From: Bispira polyomma
Lineage: Eukaryota
DNA: 64,000 nt
Direction of reading: 5' to 3'
NCBI GenBank assembly: GCA_965649765.1
Contig: OZ287750.1
Location: 78,430,001 to 78,494,000 of the forward strand
Position 1 is the stretch's first letter. Each line of letters opens with the position of its first letter. Of this stretch, positions 34,581 through 48,101 are shown one piece after another. Both the position numbers and the translations under genes were made by a program. The notes beneath the pieces were generated by a model, which saw only the letters and a program-made list of their open reading frames with translations, had not been told where the DNA came from and did not search any database.

Positions 34581-36144
34581 ATATGTTACAGTAAATACGT
34601 GAAATCAGTAAATACGCGTAATCCCTAAAAATTTCAATAAATACGCGTACTTACTGGTTTTGGGCCTGCATTATTTCACAAGTTTACTGGTGGTCATTTC
34701 AGTAAACATGTGTAATGTGAAAGTTTCATTTAAGGGTTTTATTGACATTTAAAAGATAAATATCAGTGTTTGCTGAATTCATCAGTCTTTCTCATGAATA
34801 TGATATACATGTAGTATTATTTGGTGGCTTGTGTTTAAAGTTATTAAAGTATCTGGATTTAGTTAGGTCACTTTAAAGCATGCTACATCACATGCATTTT
34901 GGATTTACATTATTGTCCCTTTACACAAGTGTGGTCAAAATATTGGTTTACACATATAATATACAAATTGAACACTCTTATTTGTTTCACATTTAAAATT
35001 AAATAATTATTAAACTTAAATGTAATTTTAAATTACTATTTTATTAAATAAAGACTAAATATTATAAGGTACTAGTTTTTTCAAACTTTCTTTTGATATT
35101 ATTGTAAGCAGTTAACTGTGCTTCTATAGCATCCAAATATCATCAAAGACTCTATTATATGTCTGTACAGGCCACACTAGCTTTGAAGGTAATATGATAA
35201 TTAGATGAAAAGAACCCTTTACAAACCCTTCTTTTGATGTACCTAAAACTGTAAAATGTGGTTTCTATGTAAGGTAAATCTCATGGAATACTCACAATTG
35301 CCTATATTGGATGCTGGTCATCCAATTATATGTGATACTTGTGGCTTCTTAACTTTAAATACAATTACAGGTAAGCCAGATTGAGAAGGTTCAAAATAAT
35401 CACCCATTGAATTTAAAAATTTCTGATTTAGTTGAACATAGATTCAAGCAAGATTTATACACTTCAGCAATTTCAGCAAACTAAAAAATTTATTCCAAAA
35501 GATTAATATTTTCAAATTATTGAAGAGATAAAAAATGCTGACCAAAATAAGAGTAGACATATTTACTTACAATTACCAACCACTTATACATGTACATATT
35601 TTCTGTAATAATGTAATTAATTAATTGGTGTCCTTTACTACATAAAATATACCACATGACATGTAATATATAAAAAAAATGTCATTTATATGAGCAAATC
35701 TATTTCAAAAGTAATTTTTAGGTGTAAATATATATTTTAAAGACTACTTGGAACATATTGGTGTAATAAATTGGATTATATGTATAACATACACTAAGGA
35801 TAGACAACATAGTATATATGTACATGTATATGTAATGTGTCTAAATAAATTGACCTAAATAAAAATGGACTCTTTAATAACCGGTAAAATCACCACTACC
35901 ACATAATTATACATCATATGGATAAAAAAGACTTAATGTGGCTAGTTAATCATAACTTGAAGAATAATAAGACAATTCAGTAAATACGTGAACTTACTGG
36001 ACCAAAAAAACAGTAAGTACACGCATTTACTGAAATTTTTAGGGATTACGCGTATTTACTGACCAAATCAGTAAATACGCGTATTTACTGAAAATTTTAG
36101 TAAATACGTGTATTTACTGATTTCACATATTTACTGTAACATAT
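34581..36144. mobile_element. MITE / non-autonomous DNA transposon with internally repetitive TIRs
   Basis: ATATGTTACAGTAAATACGTGAAATCAGTAAATAC at 34581 is inverted at 36109-36144; CAGTAAATACGCGTA subterminal repeats. Confidence 0.8.
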
Positions 36145-36260
36145 GCATACCGAGAGAAGTAGCAGATTGTCTGTATGAGGGTGAGAGTGTGGGTTGGCGG
36201 GGGGGGGGGGGGGGTTTATTTGATATCATCACGATTTCCATCAAATACACCCTATTATAT

Positions 36261-36263
<3 letters not shown>

Positions 36264-36345
<82 letters not shown>
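36264..36345. repeat. (TA)n microsatellite
   Basis: About 40 TA units. Confidence 0.97.
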
Positions 36346-36347
<2 letters not shown>

Positions 36348-36348
<1 letters not shown>

Positions 36349-36690
36349 ACACCAGCCAATAACGTTTCTCTACTCTACTCTCTTATAAGTTTTTTCACAC
36401 TGGTTTTTCCAAGTATTTTGCCTCGTATCTTTCCTCCTACAGTAGTTCTTACAGTACCAGGCGCAGTCAGAGTGGTGGTACTTTCCAAGTTGTTCCAAGG
36501 TTCTACCCGTCTACTCAATAGTCTGTCAAACAGTTTGGTTAATATAGCTTTGGTTTTAATGCTCCCACTGTTTGGAATGCTCTTCCTGTTGACATTTATG
36601 GGTCCTCCTCTCTAGCCTCTTATAGAAAGCAGCTTAAAACTTACCTGTACAGCAAGGCATACCCACCCTAGTCTAAATTACCCCCTGGCT
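36348..36690 (+). mobile_element. 3' end of a second L2 family
   Basis: Translates FGFNAPTVWNALPVDI...RKQLKTYLYSKAYPP*. Confidence 0.8.
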
Positions 36691-37501
36691 GATACTTTGC
36701 TTGGTAATTCCTTTAAGAAATTTTTTTGGGGAAGCAAAAATAGCTTGAAAAAAGTAGTTACAAACTTAAGCCAGAGAGTTCTAGCTTTTAATTAAGTGAG
36801 ACCATTTAATAAGATAATAAGAATACACCATGTGGTGATGCTTATAGTTAGGAGGTTAAGTCATGAGCTTAAGTTACAACCTTAAGCCCTAACCCTAATG
36901 CAATAATAAAAGATTAAACTGTGAATAGATCTTATTTACAAGTGATTAAACTTTAATAGACACTTGGGATCCTTTGAAGTTCTATGAATGGGTTTTATTT
37001 CCACTTGATTAGTGCTGTATATAAAAGATTAAATCGTGTGACTTGTGACATCATTTTGAAGGCATAAAAAACATGGAACCAAAAATGGAACCTGGTACGG
37101 GGTATGAACTGGCACCCTCTCTACTACTATACTCTCATGTATGCATAATCCATTAGTATCCAAAAATAGTTACTAACATTTCACTTCTTCAGTATGTAAA
37201 ACAATCTAATATTTGAATTCTTCCACAAGCCTCTCACAGTAACTGTTTTTTTTAGGGTTTTTTTTAATGCTTTTAATGTCTGTTGTTGCTCCTTTGCATA
37301 GCAGTTTTTATTTATTTGTTTACTCATATTTACTTTGTATATAGTTAAGTTTTGTCGGTCATCCTCAGCTAATCATAGAAACTGTTATTTACATATCACG
37401 AAAAATTACATTTTAGATCTACTCTCAACCCATTTAGAAGAAATATTTAACTCATCATTAAACATAGTATGTTTTTTTCCTGAAGGGATATCAATTTCAG
37501 G

Positions 37502-40500
37502 ATGTTAGACAGTAAATTAAGGGTATTATCAGCAAACGTTCAAGGACTTAGAAATGAAAGAAAACAATTAGATGTTTTAAACTATCTTAAAGATTTTAAA
37601 GCACAAATAACTTGTTTACAAGACACACATTGGACAGAAAATAACATAAAATTAATAAAACAAAATTGGGATGATAATTGTGTTATTAATGGGGATAAAA
37701 CCAATGCTAGAGGTGTGGCAATATTACTTTGCAAACACTAAGATCACACTATTAATAAAACAGTAACTGACAAAAATGGCAATTTGCTTGTACTTGACTT
37801 GATAGTTAATGGGTTAAGTATACTCTTAGTAAACATATATTCAGCTAACCAAGATTACCCAGCTTTTTATATCGACTTAGAAAGAACTTTATTGAGCTCC
37901 ACTTGTGATTATATTATTTTATGTGGGGATTTAAACATGTACTAAGATAAAGATCTGGACTCGTGTAATTATATTCATATTAGTAATCCAAAATCAAGAA
38001 CAAAACTAAAGGCCATTATGGAAAACTTCAAATTAATCGATATTTTCAGACACTATTTCCCAAACACAAAAAGGTACACTTGGAGAAGACGAAACCCCCT
38101 AAAGCAGGCAAGGTTGGACTTCTTTCTGGTTTCTAGCACATTATTTGATATGATTTATTCCAGTAACATCTTTTCCGGTAATCAATCAGATCACTCTATC
38201 ATAGAGATTACAATCAGCATATGCAAATTTGAAAGAGGAAAGGGTTTATGGAAATTTATATCTTTTGAAAGATCAACAGTACCTACACCAAATAAATAAA
38301 TTGATTGATTCAGAATATTTGACTTACATTGTACCAGTCTATAATTTAGAGAATCTGAAGAATATTCCAGAGGATTTATTGGCATTAACAATCAACTATG
38401 AATTATATGTAGAAGTCCTTTTGTTGAAAATAAGAGGAGAGACTTATAAGTACTATACTAAAGTAAAACGAGTAAATAAAATTCGAGAAGTAGAATTGAA
38501 AGAAGAGCTAAAAATTCTTGAAGAACAGAATCAAACTGTCAATACATTAAACATAATCCATGATAAAAAACAATCAATTGGAAAAAATACGAAACCTGAA
38601 TCTTCAAGGTCAACTGATCAGATCAAAGGTCAAATGGTTAAATAAGGGTGAAAAGCCGACCGAATATTTTTGTAACTTGGAAAAATTCAATTACATGGAA
38701 AAAAACTAATACAAAAATATCAATTAGTGATGGTACAGAAATAACAGATCAGGATGAAATTTATACATGATTTCTATGCCAATCTTTTTGCTGAAAAACA
38801 GAGAATTGTGACTTGAAATTTGTACCAAACTTAAATTTCAAACCCCTGAAAGAAATAGAATCAGAAAAATTGAAAGGGCCAATTACAAAAAACAAGTTAA
38901 GTAAGGCACTAAAACACATGAACCATTTTAAAACACCCGGCATAGATGGTTTTCCTGCCAAATTTTTCAAAGTTTTTTGGTTTAGATTTAAGTTCATTAT
39001 TACCAAAGCTGTCAATAATTGGTATGAAAAAGGCCTTATGTCTGAAACTATGCGTACCTGTATTATCACTTGTCTTCGTAAAGGTGATAAGCCACATCAA
39101 TATTTGAAAAATTGGAGACCTCTATAGATGCTTTCAGTTGTATACAAAATGACTTCTGCAACCATAGCCAATATGATAAAACCCTTGCTACCTAAGATAA
39201 TTTCGGAAAGTCAGAATGTGTTTATACAGGGTAGATTTATTAGGGACAGCACAAGGCTTGTTTTTGATGTTATACATTTGGCTGAAGTAAACAATTTAGA
39301 AGGACTATTAGTGCTGATCGATTTCAAAAAAGCCTTTGACAGTATATCATGCAGCTTTATCAAAAAGGTGTTAAAGTACTTTAAATTTGGAAAGAGCATT
39401 TTTAACTGGGTAAAATTGTTTAATACTGAAATAAAGGCAGCTATAACCCAATGTGGTCGATTGTCTGAATTTTTCTCAGTTGGAAGAGGATGCCGTCAAG
39501 GAGATCCGTTATCCCCTTACCTCTTTATCCTATTTGAAAGTGATAGTAATATGACAGGAATATCCTATCATGGAGAAGAATTTAAAATTAGTCAGTTTGC
39601 TGATGACACCACTCTTTTTCTTAATGAAACCCAGACATCCTGTCAGGCAGCACTCAATACTTTAGAAATTTTGGTTCAGTTTCAGGTCTCTATATGAATA
39701 CAATCAAAACTATAGTAATCTGGATTGGAAGAAAAAAATTCTCCAAAGATAAATTCAGAGGAAGTCTAAAATTAGATTGGGGGAACACTTGTTTCACTCT
39801 GTTGGGATTAATTTTTGACATAAATGTGAATGACATGATTCCTCTAAATTTTGACAAAAGCATCTGTCAGATAGAAGATACATTACAATAATGGTCAAAA
39901 AGAAAACTAACACCAACAGGAAAAATCACAATTGTAAAAACATTGTCACTTTCTAAACTAAACCATCTTTTCCAAAGTTTGCCTACGCCATCACTGAAAT
40001 ACATCAATAAATTAAAGGCCATATCCTACTCTTTTATTTGGGATGGCAAGCCTGACAAGATTAGCAGAGATAAAATAAACCAATCATATTTTGATGGGCG
40101 TTTAAAAATGCTAAATCTTGACAATTGTATAGATGCTCGTAAAACAACATGGATACGACGTTTGATAATTGGCCATAAATCTGCACGGGGCAAGTTATTC
40201 ATAAAAACAGTTTCACCTGTTCAAAGTCTTGCTTTAATGGGCTCACAGTGGTGCAACAAAATTGCAAATAGAATTAGTAATGACTTCTGGACTACAGTAT
40301 TAAAAGCATGGGCAAAGGTTATTGACAAAATTGTGCCCAGGACAAATCTTGATCTGCTTTCTTCACCATTGTGGTACAATAAACACATATCTATTGAAGA
40401 ATTATTTATACCACAGTGGTACAAGGCTGGCATTAAATTTGTATGTGATATTGTTAATGAAAATGGACAAATACTGCAAATGGAATATATAAAACGAAAA

Positions 40501-41274
40501 TTTGGCATGACTACAGTAAATCATTTTGACTACTATCGCACAAGAGGACTTCTAAGTAAGTTTATATATGACCATAAAGAAAATAGTTCAATGTTCATTC
40601 AGCTATATCCATTCTACTCATTTCATCTAAAAGTACTGTCAAGGTTAAGCAAGGGATCTCAGGACATGTACATAGCACTATGCCAGGTTCAAAAGATGCA
40701 ACATTTGAAAGACAAATGGCATAGAGAACTAGCCCTTGAAATAAATGATGGACTGTGGAAGACAATTTTTAAGGCATGCTTTAGAACAGTGTCAGACAAT
40801 GTTCTCATCTGGTTTTAATATAAAGTTATTCATAGAATCTTAGTTACCACAAAGTTGAGATATCAAATGAAACTAGAAAATACCGACAAATGTCGACTGT
40901 GTGATAAAAGTGAAGAATCACTGACCCACCAATTTTTTCATTGTGAGATAACCCAAAAATTTTTGGATGAATTAATTGCGTGGATATTTGAAAACACCAA
41001 AATTAAATTTCAAATTACACCAGATAAATTTATCTTGGGATACACAACCTTAGATCACAACTTCATTACCTTCAATACAATCTCTATTTCTGCAAAATAC
41101 TACATTTTTCGATGCGCATACTTTGTGCGAACCCCCAATCTAAATGAATACAAAACCAGACTGATTACTATTTATACAGAAGTAGAAATTTTGGCTAAAC
41201 TTAACTTTCAATCAGAATTATTTGATAACATATGGAGCAAATGGAGACCCCTACTCAATGAAATACAAATTTAA
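37502..41274 (+). mobile_element. L1/Tx1-clade LINE, complete ORF2 span (APE-RT-C-terminal zinc finger), disabled; no ORF1 seen
   Basis: SANVQGLR, CLQDTH, ARGVAIL, ARLDFFL, SDHS, KNWRPL, IDFKKAFD, GCRQGDPLSPYLF, QFADDTT, CRLC...HQFFHC. Confidence 0.93.
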
Positions 41275-43039
41275 TACAATATTGCAATCATTTGGGTGAA
41301 AATCACTGACTTTGTAAATATGTATATTTTGTTTTAATCTATAAATGTTTAATTTTTTCAATTTATTGCTAAATTTCAATCTCGCCGGAGATATGGAGAC
41401 TTTTAGTTGAGTTGAGCTTCAGATTATTTTTCTCACTAAAGCCACTGGCCTCTTATCTTAGGTCATGAAGATAACAATGATATAGCCTTGTGTCAAGTAA
41501 ATTCAATAGTCTTAACCTTTTCGTTATGGGCTTATTTTGCCTTTAAAAATACATTCCGTGGGCAAAATTGAAGTTTTATTATAAGCTAGACGTGCTTAAA
41601 TATTGCTTTTGTAAGTAAATGATTTAAAAAAAAAACACATTTAATATTTGATAAAATTTTACAGGTGATATTACGAATCTAGAAAAGCTCCCTCAATCTT
41701 CCAGCAATTTCTAGTTAGCCTTATGGACCATACAAAATGGCCATACACTACTTATCGGTACTTTAACAATGATTATTAGTTGTCACCTTAAAGGATGTTA
41801 TGTACCGGTATGTTTTATAATATATTTATTATTCAGTCACAAATGAGCTAAAGTTAGAAGATATGGTTTTGTTGTAAATTTATTAAATGCAATTCAATGT
41901 ACACAATTAAACGTATGTAAACAAGGTTAGGGAAATGAGTACAGCTGTAAAAAGGATGTCAAACTTTGTTAAGTATAAGGTATAATGCAATAATATGTGG
42001 AAACATTATCCATTTTGCAGAAATATTGCTATTCTATTGTTAGGTCCTATTTTTGGTTTTCTAAACTAAACTTTTAACTCAGTCATATTTACAATATTTT
42101 GTGAAGACTTTTACCACAAATATAGGAGAAATGTGTATTTATCAATGTTATCTATAGATACTAGAGATTCTAGACATAATATATGATATTCAAATGTCAA
42201 TAGAACTTTGCTTCATTGGCTCCAAATGCATAAATTGACGCTTGCTTGTTACAATTTCTCAAATATTTTTACTTCAATGTTGACTTTCATCAAAACAATA
42301 TATTTTTAAAATGGGATGGGGAGATTGTTCCCTTAATAGATATGTTCTGACCTGTTCATGCTAAGCTTTGTACTGATAAGAAAGAAGTCTTACTTTGAAG
42401 ACAGAGAGACTAAGTCAACTGCTAGATTTAAAAATTGTAACCAGGCTGGGCAACATAAATAAGTTTATTTACCTGATATATACTAAATAAAGGTTCTTTA
42501 CAAGAAGTAAATAGTAGTTTATGATAATATAAAGGTACATTGTAATAGTTAATAGAGATTCGATTCCATGTGTAATTGTTCTTCATGTGAATACTTGTGT
42601 GTAGTTATTTTTTCATTTACTCTATTTCAGTGATGTATTTCTCTCTTCCAATATTTCCAATACAATGAATACACATATTATTATTACTGACAGACGATAA
42701 CAGGCAATGTCGTAATTTACTTTGTTTGGTTTTGTTTTACTTTTTCTTATCTAAACTGAAAAATAAGTTATATATGTAACTGTCTATTGAACGTTATTGA
42801 ACATAGTGAATCAATATTTAAATGAAAAATAGTGTTACCATAGTGAACTAAAATCTTTCTATGATTATATAGCTGTTAACTGCACAGAAACTGTAACATT
42901 GTAATTGTAAATGTTATTTAATGTACATGACTGATTTTTGCAATAAATGTTTTTTTTTTTGTTTTTTTTTCTAAAATACTGAAGCTCGGTGAAGAGCTGG
43001 CCCTACAAATCATATATCAAATTAAACATCCATCCTAGC

Positions 43040-44700
43040 CCGACATTTCAGTGTAAATGAAAATAGGTCTGAACTATTGTGTTTTTTTTTTAGATATCTT
43101 GGAAAATATAGAACTAGGTGATTTCCTGTTAAATCCAAGATGGCCGAACGTTACAGAAAGTCCCTTTAAAAATCGCTCCTGAAGATTTATCTTGGTGAAT
43201 TAGCTTTCGGAATGCATTTGAAATTATTAAGTAGTCATTCTCCTTGAATAGCTGTGAATATTAAACAAAGCTATAATTGTTTACTACTTTTATGAATTTT
43301 ACTTGCAACTTGAATAGCTGTGAATATTAAACAAAGCTATAATTGTTTACCACTTTTATGAATTTTACTTGTAACCCTATCCATTATTTTCGTTTCTACC
43401 TTAAATACTCTGTAACCAGGAAGCTGGAAACAGTATAACCACTCCAAATTGTCTACACAAAACTAAAATTTACCTATCTGTGCACCACAGGTCGAAGTAG
43501 CAATGTCTCAAACACATATATCCCAATTATTACGAAATTTCATTCACAAATGACTAAGATATCCCAGGTTCTGTAGACCTACTCCAAACAGTTTTAGAAC
43601 ATATAATTCGAGTAAAGACCCTAAGTCCAGCTCTTTGGGCACTTTCTCAGATCCCTTGGGATATTTTGAGATCGTGATAAGGTGACCTTAAACTGATACT
43701 GATGCTGTATAAACAATTAATTATTGCATTAATATCAATAATTCTTAATTTTTATGTATTACTATTCATGTAAGATGGTGTAAATCTGCACTCTACAGTA
43801 CACTGAAAATCGGGCACTCTCCTAATAATATACTACTTTTTTATTTTTATGAAGTTAAAATTACCGTACAGGCACATGATAAACTCTTTTTAAATTAATA
43901 AGGGGTAATTTATTAATTCAAAAAATGTACCTTGTGACCGAAACTGCTTCCATAGGGACTTTTGAGTGTGTACCAGGGGGCCTCTCTATATCGCTCAAAT
44001 TTATCTTTTGTGGCTACCGGAATAGTTCTTACAGTTGATTCCTGCACATTCTGTGAAATTTGAAATTATATGATGTAAAAATATGGGTCGTCACGAATGA
44101 TATTCATATCTGTGAAACATAAATTAGGACAAACAAGACCAGATTTGAAGAAGCTGTCTCACAAAAAGTTTACTCATACACTCTATAAAATGACCATACT
44201 TCACTAACTATAAGGATTGCAACCCCATTTTTACATTAAAAATTGTTAAAATTAATGTAAATAGCATAATATATGATTAAAATGTAGCTTACACCACTGC
44301 AAAAGTACAATGTGAGAAAACAGCATAAAATCATTGGAATTTTTTAATGTATTATCTCACAACAGGGCCAAATGTACATTGCCACCTTAGCGTGCTTTGC
44401 TGAAAATAGGTCTGAACTGTTTTGGTTTTTTGAGATATCTTGGAAAATATAGAACTAGGTGACTTCCTGTTAAATCCAAGATGGCCGAACATTACAGAAA
44501 AGCCTTTAAAAAATAGCTTTGGAAATGCATTTGAAATTATTTAGTAGTAATTCCCCTTGAATAGCTGTGAATATTCAACAAAGTTATAATTGTTTACTAC
44601 TTTTATGAATTTTAGTTGCAACCCTTTCCATTATTTTCGTTTCTACCTAAAATACTCTGTAAACAGGAAGCAGGAAATAGCAAAACCACTCCATATTGAA
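43040..44700 (+). repeat. Dispersed ~300-400 bp direct repeat (43040-43450 and 44400-44700), unclassified
   Basis: GAAAATAGGTCTGAACT...AAATCCAAGATGGCCGAAC...TTCTACC present twice; first copy has an internal ~66-bp tandem duplication. Confidence 0.8.
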
Positions 44701-45009
44701 AAAAGGATGGAGTGGTGTTTAGTATATCTAATTGTTTGCATTGCTGTGGTATTTGGAAGAGGTAAATACTATTTTTTATAATAACTTAAGCAGTTTAAAT
44801 AATATTAGTAAATAGTAACACAATTAGTGACATGTATTAAAACTTTAAGACAATCAACTATTTTGGTTAGTATGTAGACATGACCATATATTGACAAAAC
44901 ATATGATTAATCTATGTTAGTCAGAAAGTTTAATTAGGTGTTATACTTTATTGGTGCATTTCGAATTCAAAACTGAATATCAGACATTTTAACTCAAGAT
45001 AAAGTTAAT

Positions 45010-45378
45010 AATGTAGGAGACAGTCAGTCCCAAGAATGTAAGAAAAAGTATACTCGCTCAAATATAACTGAGGACCAGGAAGTGGATTTAATCGAATGGG
45101 TTAGAGAGAATGACTGTTTATCTGTAAAAGGTATAAAAAACTGTCGTGACAGTAAGCACAGAAATCGCCTATGGGAAGAGAAAGCTGAAGCTATTAATGT
45201 ATAAGTTGAAGTCTTAAAGACTTGGTGGAGTTCCTTGAGGACAAGATTTGGGAACATATCCTCCATGAAGTCCGGCGATGGGGCCAGAGAACCGACTGAT
45301 CGAGACCGCTTTGTACTTGAGAGGCTAAACTTCCTTAAGCGCCACATCGCGCGAATGCCCAACCGACAAACTTGTTCG
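45010..45378 (+). pseudogene. MADF/Myb-SANT-like DNA-binding exon (Harbinger accessory protein)
   Basis: EDQEVDLIEWVRENDCL...RLWEEKA...LKTWWSSLRTRFG...KSGDG...FLKRHI then GTAAGT donor at 45379; one stop. Confidence 0.75.
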
Positions 45379-45619
45379 GTAAGTAGCCCTTTTTTTGTGC
45401 AATTTTGGTGTAATTTTGAGGTAATAACAATAGAAATTATGTATAATTAATTGTTGTTATATCTGTAGATTAATGTACTGGTAAATGAAGTCATTGTTAA
45501 AAAGCTATTCAAAGTGATTCTCCAATATTATATATTCAAGTACCCCATGTAATATGTATTGTCACGTTTTAGATCACCATATATTATTACATGCTATTCA
45601 GCAATGTACTTAGATAGGT

Positions 45620-45879
45620 GGGGCGCGGTGGCCTAGTGGTTAGCAAGCATTGCGCTTCACAATCACTGGTCTCTCACCTCTGGATGGCGTGAGTTCGAAT
45701 CCCGTCGATGCCTATGTGGGAAAGGTGGTAGTTCCTTACTCTGGGCCGCTGGTTTCTCTGCAGAACCTTGACCGACTGTATGCAGTGTTTCCTCCAGCGT
45801 TTCCAACTACCCGTCCCAATATAACCTACTAAAAGGTACTAGAGTGGACGTTAAATATCCAAATTCAAATTCAAATTTT
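45620..45879 (+). mobile_element. tRNA-derived SINE with 13-bp TSD
   Basis: A box TGGCCTAGTGG, B box AGTTCGAATCC, (CAAATT)n tail; TACTTAGATAGGT at 45607-45619 and 45880-45892. Confidence 0.93.
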
Positions 45880-47319
45880 TACTTAGATAGGTACTGATAA
45901 ATGGGTACGTAATTGAACTGCTATCATAGGCTGCACTAATGTATGTATATATGTTTGTCAATAAACCATTGCAGTATATTTTGTGTCATTATGTACCTAA
46001 CAATGTATTATAAAATGCCATTGACCAAGTACTGATAAGTGGGTACTGCTGGTTGTATGTATGTATGTATGTATTGTTTGATTTTCTTTATTTTCCCATG
46101 TATGAATCACTCGACTGCCACTGTATATATCCCCAGGTATCCATATCCCTGTGCAGTTATTTATATATCTGTGTGTCAGTCAACTGCCAAGGTCAAACGA
46201 TAGGTTAGGTAACTTTATGTCACTTCTGGCTGTGTAACTCTGTAATAGTTTCAGTTGGTAAAGTGAACCGCACTTACACTTCTAACTGTGTAGTTTGATT
46301 GTTTCAGTTGGTTTTATAGTGTAACCTGCCAAGTTCAAACGAAATATCACTTCTACTCCTATTGATTTTTTTTAATTTGTGTCATCTCAGTTATAAGTGT
46401 GTGATTTCATTATTTATCTCTAGTGTTTACTGCCAAAGCTTCAACATGTGTGTCAATAGTGTATATGCTTTTAAAAGTGCAAATATTTGACTTAGTAAGT
46501 GTTTCAGTTGACATAGTTGTCATTTATTACTAAGTAATTTAAGTAAGACAGTTTCCAGTTAGTAAGTAATCTTTGAAGTAGATATAGTTTTAAGTTGATG
46601 AGGGATGTAAATGACTGATGGTGTCACAGTTAATGATGGTGGTTTCTCTGGAGATATGTGATGGTGGATTCTCTGGTGATATGAGACAGATAGTGTCATT
46701 CACAGTTACTGTGTGTAAATGCTTTCAATCCAATTGACAGATGGTTACACAGTGACAGTAGGTTTCACAGTGACAGTAGGCCCATTCATTAGGTGAAGGA
46801 TGAAAGGGAGTTGCGCCCCTCCCTCCGGATGCTATGGTGTGGGTTGCATCATAGTTGCATTCCAGTCGAATATTTTCACACAAAGTGAACCTCAGATTCC
46901 AGGCAACTGGATTTTTTTTACACATCGGTCTGAAGCCTGGGCACCTTCAGACTAAAGTTCCTCAAAACACACAAGGCTGTAAATCATCTTTAATACATAA
47001 TTGTTATTAATTTATAAGAAATAATACATAAGTCATAAGTATATACACAAGTCATAAGTCATTAGTAGTCATATGTAATCAGAAATGCTGAACCATAAGT
47101 AAATGCTTGTTAGTTTTGAAGTTAAAGTTTCAAACATACCATTTTATGTCTTGCAATCTTCTCGCAACCTCTCCATCACAGGAAAAATGTCCAACCCATC
47201 TAGAGTGGATGTCTGATAATATCCAGGACCGTATCAGTCTGCATCACCCATTGTGATGCCAGTCAACTCTGTAAATTTTCTTCAATCATAAGTCATTAGT
47301 AATCATAAGTCTGTGAGTA

Positions 47320-47470
47320 AATGTCAGTTGGTTTCAAAGACAGTTGCACAATAAATGCCTGTTGGTTTCAAAAACAGTGGTACACTAAATGCCTGCTGGT
47401 TTCAAAATAGGGGCACAATAAATGCCTGTTGGTTTCAAAAAAGGGGCACAATGAATGCCCGTTTGTTTCA
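47320..47470. repeat. ~33-bp tandem repeat, ~4-5 copies
   Basis: CAATAAATGCCTGTTGGTTTCAAAA repeated. Confidence 0.8.
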
Positions 47471-47602
47471 GTTTAGGTAAGAAAAACAATATAAGCCATA
47501 AAAATTGCAATTATCTTTTGAATGAGTTGTATGCATGAATGTGTGTATGTATAAGTATTGTATGCTAAGGTGAGATTCTTACTAACCAGTAGCACTGCAA
47601 TG

Positions 47603-47705
47603 GAAAACCAATTGTACTGGAGGAGGAAACCAATTGTACTGGAGGAAGAAACCAAATGTACTGGAGGAGGAATCCAAATATTACTGGAGGAGGCAACCAA
47701 TTATA
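47603..47705. repeat. ~22-bp tandem repeat, 4 copies
   Basis: AAACCAATTGTACTGGAGGAGG repeated. Confidence 0.85.
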
Positions 47706-48101
47706 AACCACCGACTCAAAACAATGACAATCTGTGAGGTCTTGGGTTTGAATCCCAATAAAGTGTCAATGTTGGCAGTTATATGCCCATGTTGACCTTG
47801 ACATTGACCTGGGGGAAAGTGTGGGGAGCTTTATTAAACATCTTAAATTGTAAAGGACAAAAAAAGTATAATAATGAACAACATTATCTAGACCTTTGAG
47901 ATCTATAATCATAGTATCACCTACATGAAAAAGAGAAAAACATTGAATCACTATACAATTACAATGTTGACTTAAATGAATTACAATATTATTGCACAGA
48001 CGAATCACCATACAATTACAATGTTGACTTAAATAAATTACAATATTATTGAACTATCGAATCACTATACAATTACACTGTCAAATACAATTACAGTGAA
48101 C

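Larger units (their letters stand above)
28997..37128. mobile_element. Internally deleted Polinton/Maverick with long TIRs and secondary insertions
   Basis: AGTAGTTGAGAGGGTGC at 28997 mirrors GCACCCTCTCTACTACT ending 37128; inner inverted arms 31792-31945 / 33655-33881; Polinton-type ATPase inside; the 6-bp flanks do not match as a TSD. Confidence 0.8.

Noticed and set aside
36108-36615. ORFs with YIYIYI runs
   Set aside because: Translation of the (TA)n microsatellite and an off-frame L2 fragment.
44948-44962. Left TIR of the Harbinger (TTA-T-TGGTGCATT)
   Set aside because: Only 9 nt match, offset by one base from a TSD and very close to the ORF; may be chance.
45620-45710. tRNA gene
   Set aside because: No complete cloverleaf; has body, tail and TSD of a SINE.
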